Positions 41,678-49,700 of a DNA stretch of 64,000 bases are shown piece after piece. The position numbers were made by a program, and so were the translations under genes. The first letter of the stretch is position 1, and every line of letters begins with the position of its first letter. This stretch comes from Nitrospinales bacterium (GTDB lineage: Bacteria; Nitrospinota; Nitrospinia; Nitrospinales; JAJDAT01): contig JBHHYO010000004.1 in the NCBI GenBank assembly GCA_046757665.1, positions 14,395 through 78,394 of the forward strand, written 5' to 3'. A model generated the notes under the pieces. The model made no database searches. It was given only the letters and a program-made list of their open reading frames with translations, and was not told where the DNA came from.

Positions 41678-43984
41678 TCAACTCAGCCCCAGTTTTCGGC
41701 GAGTCCACCATTCCATGGACAGGAAACCGATGAACATAAAATAAACCCACCAATTATCCCACAAGGAGAGGATTTTACTGTCCGACTTCGTGCGGACTTC
41801 CGGATTGGAGAATCGCTGGTCGGCCAAATTTGTCTGCTCATCCAAAACCCGGAAAGCGCCGCCCGTCGCTTCCGCCATGGTTTTTAAGAGCAAACTATTG
41901 ATGAGGGGCTTTTCAAACTCCGCCGTTTCGCTAAAGACGCTGAACAACGCTTCTTTTTTGAGATCTTCGGCTGCCCGTTTCAACCGGGCGGAATAAAAAC
42001 CCTCTCCCGAAGGAGTAAATTCAAAATTCGCTTCACCCAACGCATTCGTCTGTAACGTATGCTTGGAGAGAGTTTTCCCATTGGAAATGGAATGAAGAAT
42101 CAAGTCGATCTTTTCGTTGGGAAGGGGATTATAATCCTCCCTCAGCATTTTAACTTTGATCAGTACCTTTTCGTTTTCCCTGTACCGTTCCTTGTCGGTT
42201 TCGATTTTAATCTGCTGAGTTTCCGGCTCGTTCGTCATCCAGGCCACCACATTGTTCCAGAAGTTTTGATAGTACCTTCCGCTACCCCCCTGCCCAACCC
42301 GCAGAAAATTCCATGCCCAGGAGGAGTCCGTCGCCAGAATTAGGGAGCGCCCGTCGCCGTTCTTGCGGACCGCCAGGACGGGATAGGCGTCGCCGTGATC
42401 TCCCGTCTTCGTATAACGAATCAAGACCTGAGCATCCTTCGCTGGCTCCAGGCCGATATTCAATCCCCTGAGTTCCGGCATGGAACTCCAGGCCTCATGA
42501 TTCAGTTCCTCGCTTTTTTCCAGACGCAGGATGGGATGGTGGGCAAACTGCTTGCCGATCCGCGGTTTGAAGGCATCGTTTAAAAACTGGCTCGTTTTAC
42601 TTCGGATCCTGACCGGAAGAATATTATCGACCCCCGTCTGGTAATACCCTCCGCCCTGGAAAGAGAGATCGCCTCCAATCATGATGAAAGCGCCGCCATG
42701 ACGCACGTATTTTTCAATATTCTCCAAATACTGCTTTTGAATAAAAGGCTTGTATCGAAAATTTTGAAAGATCACCAGGTCGAATGAACCCAGATAGTCG
42801 CTCAGCAGTAAATTGGATGGAAACGAGATAAGGCTCAGCTCCGAAACCGAGGCCTGCACATCGTCCGAAAAGCTTCTGAGAATAAAAAACGACAACAAGT
42901 CGACTTTGGGGTTATTGATGAGAACTTCCCGAAGAAACCGCGCATCCCAGGAAGGACGCCCATTCAAAAGCAGAACCCGGATGCGGTCGCGGATCACCTT
43001 GACCTGAAATTCCTTGCGATTATTGCTTTCAATGGATTCGCCGACGAACAGCGGCACGGAAAGAGTGTAAACTTTTTTGCCTGTCGTATTGGGAACAAAT
43101 TGCAGATCGGTTTTGTAGCGGCTCTGCCCCTCTTTGATCTCGATAACTTTCGACACCAGAACCTTGTCGCCCTCTTTGAGAACCAGCGGAATATTTTTAT
43201 TGCCCATGGAAGAGGCGATGAGGCTCACGGAGAGATTCACTTCCTGACGAACAAACCCAAAATCGGCTCCCTCCAGTTTTTCGATTCCCAGGTCCTTGAA
43301 ATTTTCATTACTGCCCGCCTGGAAAGTATGGATCGGCGCTTCAAAAAAGGACAGCGTATCCGCCATCTCCTCAGAGACCTCCGCCAAATCCTCCCCCAGG
43401 TCGGCGCCATCGGAAAACAGCATCACCCCCTGAAGCGCTTTTCCTTCATAATGCTTTTTTACTTCCCGCAACACCTGATTCAAATCCGTGTTTAATCCCT
43501 GAACCCGGTATCGACTCTCGATATCCGATCCGGGCACCGCAGTGATCCGATCAGACGCAAAATAAAAATCCACCTGAAAATCTTTTTTCAGGTTCTCAAA
43601 ATAATCCCGGTTTTTCTTCAGTACCCGGCGAACAATGTCGAACCGCGGCTTTTCCTCCGGAAAGGTTTTGATTGCCAGGCTTTTGCTGTCATCCAGCAAC
43701 ACGGCAATGGAATTTTTTTGAATTCGGCTTTTGTTGAATTCGAGCTCGGGTTTGAACAAAATCAGAAGAAGCAGAAGAAAACTGATAACCCGCAGACCAT
43801 AAAGGAAAGCTTTGTTCAAGGGAGACCGGATCCGCCTCAGGCTGGTCCAAAAAAACCATAAAGCCACCGGAACCACAAAAATCGCAAAAACCAAAATCCA
43901 TTCGACTTCACTTGTTCCCCACCGAACTTCCCAATTGTCGAATTCGTCGAATGGCAGACCGAGTAGATCAGCTAGAAAGTTCAC
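41678..43984 (-). CDS. BatA/VWA-like membrane protein (768 aa): N-terminal double TM, VWA-like region, GATase1-like region, C-terminal TM anchor
   Basis: The GTG start overlaps the DUF4159 stop (GTGA). N-terminal TMs: WILVFAIFVVPVALWFFW and AFLYGLRVISFLLLLLILF. MIDAS-like motif: AVLLDDSKS. Family-typical motifs: RVLLLNGRPSWDARFLREVL and GGAFIMIGGDLSFQGGGY. C-terminal anchor: WWVYFMFIGFLSMEWWTRRKLGL. Confidence 0.75.
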   Translation of the reverse strand: MNFLADLLGLPFDEFDNWEVRWGTSEVEWILVFAIFVVPVALWFFWTSLRRIRSPLNKAFLYGLRVISFLLLLLILFKPELEFNKSRIQKNSIAVLLDDSKSLAIKTFPEEKPRFDIVRRVLKKNRDYFENLKKDFQVDFYFASDRITAVPGSDIESRYRVQGLNTDLNQVLREVKKHYEGKALQGVMLFSDGADLGEDLAEVSEEMADTLSFFEAPIHTFQAGSNENFKDLGIEKLEGADFGFVRQEVNLSVSLIASSMGNKNIPLVLKEGDKVLVSKVIEIKEGQSRYKTDLQFVPNTTGKKVYTLSVPLFVGESIESNNRKEFQVKVIRDRIRVLLLNGRPSWDARFLREVLINNPKVDLLSFFILRSFSDDVQASVSELSLISFPSNLLLSDYLGSFDLVIFQNFRYKPFIQKQYLENIEKYVRHGGAFIMIGGDLSFQGGGYYQTGVDNILPVRIRSKTSQFLNDAFKPRIGKQFAHHPILRLEKSEELNHEAWSSMPELRGLNIGLEPAKDAQVLIRYTKTGDHGDAYPVLAVRKNGDGRSLILATDSSWAWNFLRVGQGGSGRYYQNFWNNVVAWMTNEPETQQIKIETDKERYRENEKVLIKVKMLREDYNPLPNEKIDLILHSISNGKTLSKHTLQTNALGEANFEFTPSGEGFYSARLKRAAEDLKKEALFSVFSETAEFEKPLINSLLLKTMAEATGGAFRVLDEQTNLADQRFSNPEVRTKSDSKILSLWDNWWVYFMFIGFLSMEWWTRRKLGLS

Positions 43985-44739
43985 GGTGAATGATATCTCC
44001 GCAACCGGTCCAATATAATGGGCAAATGCACCATATCCTTTTTATAATCCAGGGTGAGGGCATACAGCACAATGTTCACCCCCAACCGAATGCTTGACCT
44101 CCTTTGGATAAGTCCTCCGCCGATCATATCGTAATTCCAATGCCCCAGTTTGTTCCGTGCCCAAGCCCCCTCCAGGTCGTTGGTGGAGTAAAGAAGAACC
44201 GTTCGCCCCTTGAGAGTGATTCCCTCGAGAAACGGACGGGTAACCACGCGGCCGGCAACCCGGTTGACCAAATAAAAAGACCGGAAGATCGAATGATTCC
44301 TGGAAATCCTTTCCAGAGGGGTGTTGGGAAACAGTTGGGAAATCATGTGACGGACCGAATCATCAAACGCGGAATCGACTTTTCCGGAACTGTCGTCGAT
44401 CAGCAAAAACCCTCCATAGCTCAAATAATTCCTCAATATTTTCAGTTCTTCCGGAGAAAAGGGCTCGAAGGCGCTGTCGCCCGACATCAAAATAAACGGC
44501 AATTGAAACAAATGGGGGTCTTTGAGGCTTATATCCACGGCCTCCCGTTTAACTTCCACCGAGGTCCTTCTGGCCGTCTGGGCCAGCAGGCTTTCTACCG
44601 CCTCCGGCCGCGGCTTGTAATTTCCTCCCTGATATTTGAGCTGTGCGATCCGCAACTTGGAAAAATCCCCGATCCCCCAGGCTGAAGAACCGATCAGGCC
44701 GCAACACACACAAATCAAAAACAAAAATTTTTTTCGCAT
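43981..44739 (-). CDS. DUF4159-family protein (exported)
   Basis: Signal-like N-terminus MRKKFLFLICVCCGLIGSSAWG. Family-like motifs: LKYQGGNYKPRPEAVESLL, LPFILMSGDSAFEPFSPEELKILRNYLSYGGFLLIDD. Confidence 0.7.
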   Translation of the reverse strand: MRKKFLFLICVCCGLIGSSAWGIGDFSKLRIAQLKYQGGNYKPRPEAVESLLAQTARRTSVEVKREAVDISLKDPHLFQLPFILMSGDSAFEPFSPEELKILRNYLSYGGFLLIDDSSGKVDSAFDDSVRHMISQLFPNTPLERISRNHSIFRSFYLVNRVAGRVVTRPFLEGITLKGRTVLLYSTNDLEGAWARNKLGHWNYDMIGGGLIQRRSSIRLGVNIVLYALTLDYKKDMVHLPIILDRLRRYHSP

Positions 44740-44944
44740 CCGATGAAAACCGCCCTGAATTCCGTTATACCACTTGATTTTTATCTTAATCTAATCAAGA
44801 TTCCATCCTTTTTCAATCCATATAAACCATTAAAACTTTCAAATATTTTTGTGTCATGACATGTGAGTAGTATAAACTTAAAAGCTCCACAAGGATGTGA
44901 TTTTTGTCTAAACGGAATTTCAGCGATAATAAAAAAATAGAGAA

Positions 44945-46039
44945 ATGAATAGAATCGTCCTGTTAAATCCGGGGCCGGTCAATGTTTCCGAACGGGTGGC
45001 GGCGGCGTTGCGGAGAGGGGACCTCTGCCACCGGGAAGTGGAGTTCAAGCATCTTCAGAACTCCATCCGCCAAAAACTGCTGACGGCCTTTGCCGTCGAG
45101 AAGAATTTCGCGGCGGTTTTGATTTCCGGTTCCGGTACCGCGGCCCTGGAAATGGCCGTCGCTTCCTGCCTGAGTCCCGGGCGGTCCATGTTAATCATCG
45201 CAAATGGCGTTTACGGCGAACGTATCAACCAAATCGCCGAATGCCACCACCTCGACAAACACGTTCTGCACTATCCCTGGGGCCGGCCTCCCGACCTGGA
45301 GGAAATCGAAAAAGCCCTGCGGCAACATCCGGAAATCGAAGTGGCGGCCGTGGTGCACCATGAAACGACCACCGGCCTGCTGAACCCCGTCGGAGAAATC
45401 GGACGACTGGTCCGCCGGTATGACAAAAAATTCCTGGTCGATTGCATCAGTAGCCTGGCGGGAGAAACATTCGACCTCAACCAGACCAACATGGACTTTT
45501 GTGTCGGCACGGCCAACAAGTGCATTCAGGGACTCCCCGGGGTTTCGTTCGTTTTGTTCCGCGCTACCGAATGGGACAGGCTGGCCGGCATCCCGCCCCG
45601 TTCGCACTACCTGAACCTGACGGCCCATCATCAGGCCCAGTTGCGGGAGGAGACCCTGTTCACGCCGGCGATTCAGGTCTTTTACGCTTTCGAGGAAGCC
45701 CTGTCGGAACTGCTGGAGGAAACCGTTGATGCGCGGGTTCACCGATACCGCACCGCCGCGGAACAACTGCGGAAAGGATTCAAGGAAATGGGATTGAAAT
45801 TTCTCGTCCCGGAAAAACTTCATTCCAACACCCTCACCGCGCTGGAGCTTCCCGACTCAGTCTCTTATGCCAATCTCCACGACAAACTCAAGAAAGAAGG
45901 ATACGTTATCTATGCCGGCCAGGGCAGTCTCGACCAGACCATCTTCCGGGTGGCCAATATGGGAGATATCCGCCCCGCCGAGTTCGAGCGATTCCTGCTT
46001 GTCCTCGGAAAATGCTTTGCCGGCGTGTGCCTGAAATAA
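44945..46039 (+). CDS. Class-V aminotransferase, 2-aminoethylphosphonate:pyruvate transaminase (PhnW)-like
   Basis: N-terminus LLNPGPVNVSERV, then SGSGTAALEMA, then the PLP-Lys context GTANKCIQGLPGVSFVLFR, which resembles PhnW / Ser-pyruvate aminotransferases. Substrate is not established. Confidence 0.75.
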   Translation: MNRIVLLNPGPVNVSERVAAALRRGDLCHREVEFKHLQNSIRQKLLTAFAVEKNFAAVLISGSGTAALEMAVASCLSPGRSMLIIANGVYGERINQIAECHHLDKHVLHYPWGRPPDLEEIEKALRQHPEIEVAAVVHHETTTGLLNPVGEIGRLVRRYDKKFLVDCISSLAGETFDLNQTNMDFCVGTANKCIQGLPGVSFVLFRATEWDRLAGIPPRSHYLNLTAHHQAQLREETLFTPAIQVFYAFEEALSELLEETVDARVHRYRTAAEQLRKGFKEMGLKFLVPEKLHSNTLTALELPDSVSYANLHDKLKKEGYVIYAGQGSLDQTIFRVANMGDIRPAEFERFLLVLGKCFAGVCLK

Positions 46040-46064
46040 AACATTCTTTAAAAAATCCGAGACG

Positions 46065-46727
46065 ATGCAACTCTATCAACTAATGAAAGACTACGCCGCC
46101 GCCCACGGTAGCAAACCCGATCCGGACTCGGCCACACCGGAGTTGGGATACAACCTTTCCCTTTTTCATGCCTGTCTGGTAGAAGCCGGGCTGGATCAGG
46201 AAGAGTCCGCCGGCACACAAAAATTGACCGCACCTCCACAGGACATACGCCCTTCCCTTCTGGCCCGGTTCATGGTCGGATTTTTACCCAGCCATTCCAT
46301 AACGGGAAAAAATGAAATCAACAACATTCTGTTTGAACTCTATTCTTTTTTGAAGTGGCTTGATAAAAAAGACATCCAACATGGCTTGGCGAATATCAAC
46401 TTCCAACAATGGATCAAAAAACTTTCGACCGATCAAACCCGGTGCCGGCAACTGAACCGCTTGCTGGATCAGGAAGCCGGACGTATTCTCGACGAACCCC
46501 CACCCATCACCCACACCGTTAGCGACACGTTTTCCGTGGCGAAAATCGAAAAGGAATTCGTTTATTTAAAAGGCGGAAGTTTTTCCGACCCGGTTCGACT
46601 CCGTCTCGCAAACGACATCCTCAAGCTAATCAAACTGAACGACCACCTGGAAATGGTGTTGGGCGACACTTCCAACAAATGGGTTCTTCTGGAGTGCGGC
46701 GAGGTGTTCCCCGGCTTTCAGCGATAA
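46065..46727 (+). CDS. Hypothetical protein (220 aa)
   Basis: ATG lies 25 nt after the transaminase stop. The composition is protein-like and I recognise no motif. The 3' end overlaps the convergent giant gene by 10 nt. Confidence 0.55.
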   Translation: MQLYQLMKDYAAAHGSKPDPDSATPELGYNLSLFHACLVEAGLDQEESAGTQKLTAPPQDIRPSLLARFMVGFLPSHSITGKNEINNILFELYSFLKWLDKKDIQHGLANINFQQWIKKLSTDQTRCRQLNRLLDQEAGRILDEPPPITHTVSDTFSVAKIEKEFVYLKGGSFSDPVRLRLANDILKLIKLNDHLEMVLGDTSNKWVLLECGEVFPGFQR

Positions 46728-49700
46728 TCGCCGGTGAGGTTGAATCCCGCCCAATAAGAAGGATGAGGATAGAGTTTTTTAACCAGTAACTGCGCTTTCC
46801 GCAAACTTTCCGCTTTCTCTTCACGAGCATAAATGCGGTAAAAATGCTTGACCAATATGGCGGTGGAAATGTCGCTCACCCGCCACAAGGAAGAAAGAAT
46901 AGCGTGCGTACCGGCATAAATAAACGCCCGGTTGAGGCCCACCAGTTCATCGCCGCCGACAATCTTTCCCAAACCCGTCTGACAGGCGCTTAACGTCACC
47001 AGGTCGGCATTGACATTGACGGCAAACACCTCGTTCACTTCAAAATTGCCGTCATCGGATTCATCGCGCGTCAGCTTCAACGCAGAGAACAGAGGGTTGA
47101 CCGCATCGAACTCTCCGTGCGAAGCGATATGGATGATCTGGTAATCGTTGATATGCTCCTTGATCCAGCTTTCCCTGGCCTTGTCGCCGGTCAAAAGGTC
47201 GATTTGCGGGAAATCCCATTTTATCGACCTCGCTTCCAGTTCCGCCAACGGCAAATCGTAATTCAAACTCCCCAAATCCGGGTTGCCGACCGCCAGCACC
47301 TTGACGATCTTGCTCTTGTCGAATTTCCTCGCAAAAGTATATTGCAGTACCGAGGCGCTGGGAGAATAAAACAAGGGGTGCTGTTCGACCAGGTATCCCC
47401 CGTCTCCTTTAAGGGAAGCAAAAGAGACGTAATGTAAAATCCCGTTGGGAATCAAGCCGAGGATGCGCGTGCCGCGGATGTGTTCCTCGATGGGCTTTAT
47501 GACCCAGGCATAAAGCCGGGCAGACGTGTCGTCCATCGGCGCCGATTGTTGCATACGTTTTCGATAATCCTTGACCACCCGAGCGAGGTCCTGTTCGCTG
47601 ACCTGGGTACGGGCAACCGCAAGGCCGTCTTTTTTAACTACCCACGCCACCAACTCATCTTTCGTCACAAGGTATTCCACCAGGGCGACGTTTATCTCCA
47701 ACAATCCTTGAAGTTGTTTCAGGCCGATCGATTCCACCGCAATGAAACTTGAAATTTGCGGGCTTTGTTCCTTGGCGTCGATTAGAAAATCCCGGTAACG
47801 GTCACGCTCGGCAACCAGTTGGGCGGAAAGTTGCCGGGTTTTGTCCCCGTCCCCGGACCGGCCAAGAGCCTCTTCCAATTTCCTGATTTTATTTTTTTGA
47901 CGGATCAGGCGGTCATAAAGTTTTTGGCTGACTTCGTTTTTCAAATTGATCTTGTTGTTGCCCAGCAGGTCGATGAAGCTCCGCGATTTGGCGCGTTCCG
48001 CAAAGGAAAAAGACTCCTCGTTTTTTCCCTGGTCGAGGAGCAACAGGATCAGTTCCTTGTAGACATCCTGCTTGTCCGTAAGAAACCCGTTCTGAAACTC
48101 CTCGATTTTGATGGCGGCCCGCATTTTTTCCACGGTATCCACGGCCTTTTTGTAAGCGGCGACGGCTTCGTCCGGCCGACCGGTCTGCGCCAGGCACATC
48201 CCCTGGCCCCGCAAGGCGCGCCAGCGCACCTCGGGAATACCCAGAGCCGCCGCCAGCGTCTCCGTTTTCCGGAAAACAGCAATCGCCGCCGCGCACTGTT
48301 TTCTCTTCAAAGCCAGGTTTCCCAACTCCAGCATGGACTTGACCTCATTGGTCCGGTTGCCGATTGCCCGGCTCAGACCGACCGCCTGCTTGATGTGGTT
48401 TTCCGCCTGATCCAAGCGCCCCATGCGCAGATAACTTATGCCGAGATTGCGATGCGTGTAGCCCTGCCCCCATTTGGATTTGAGACGAATATCCCGTTCC
48501 AGGGCTTTATTGAAAAATTCGATGGCCTTGCCGTACTGCTTGTCCTTGCGATAAATCAATCCGATGTTGTTGAACGCGGTGGCAATATCCAAAAGCGAGT
48601 TGATTTCCCTGGCCAGGTCAAGACTCTTGTGCAACGACCGCAGGGCGCGTTCCGAATCATTCAGCGTCCAGTAAATCAGGCCAAGCGTGTTGTGAATAAA
48701 TGTTTGCTGTCGTTTGTCGCCGATCGCCTCGGCGATCTCCAGGGAGCGTTTTTGCATCCGGAAGGCATTTTGGTAATTCCCCTGGTACCAATAGCTGTTT
48801 CCCTGGTACAGTAGCGATTTTGACAGTCCCAGTTGCAAGTCATGAACCTCGGCCAGGCTCTGCGCCTGCCGATAAAGCGCCAGTGCCCGGTCGAAATCCC
48901 CTTGCTTTTCCGTCACCAATCCCAGCTCCAGTAACGTCTCTGCAATCTGGTCCGTTTGATCCAGTTCCTGAAAAAGCTTGTTGGCCTCGGCAAAATATTT
49001 TCTCGCCTCATCGTAATTGGCGAGCCTTAAATAGTAAATCCGGCCGATCCTTCGCAGTTCGCGTCCCTTGTTTAAATCCTCGCCGATTTCCTCGTTGATT
49101 TTCAGCGAGGCATTAAACGCCTGCAACGCTTTGCCGTAATCCAGTGCATTTTCCTCGACGATACCCAGGGTGCTGTAGCTTTCCGCCAGCCGGTCCAACA
49201 ACTCATATTCCTGATAAATGGACAGGGCTTTTTGCAAAAGCTCCACGGCGCGGGGATACTGTTCCGCCCGCGAATGCAGGATTCCGAGAAAATAAACGGC
49301 CTGCGCCAATTGTTCCGGGTCGTCCGCCTGCTCCGCCAGCCGCACCAGCTCCAACTGATACTTGATCGCGGCCGGGTAATCCTTAAGGTTATAAGCCCCC
49401 AGAGCCAGCGTTTTGTAGATTTCCTGCTGAAATTTTTTCTCCGGGAGAAAACCGATCAGCGACAGGGCTTTTTCAAACGAATTGATGGAACTCTCCCAGC
49501 GTTTTTCGGAAAACGCCTGAAGCCCGTTTGTGACGTTGGCATCGAAATGAGCTTGCGCGAAGATTTGTTTTTCATGTTCCGTCATGCCGGGGAAACCGTA
49601 AAACCGGTACCGCGCCCAGCCGTAGGAGCCGGGATGCCGCCGGGCCAGTTCGACCTGGGCGCGACGAAGAGACTCCGCCGGGTTGCCCTTGCGAAAATCG

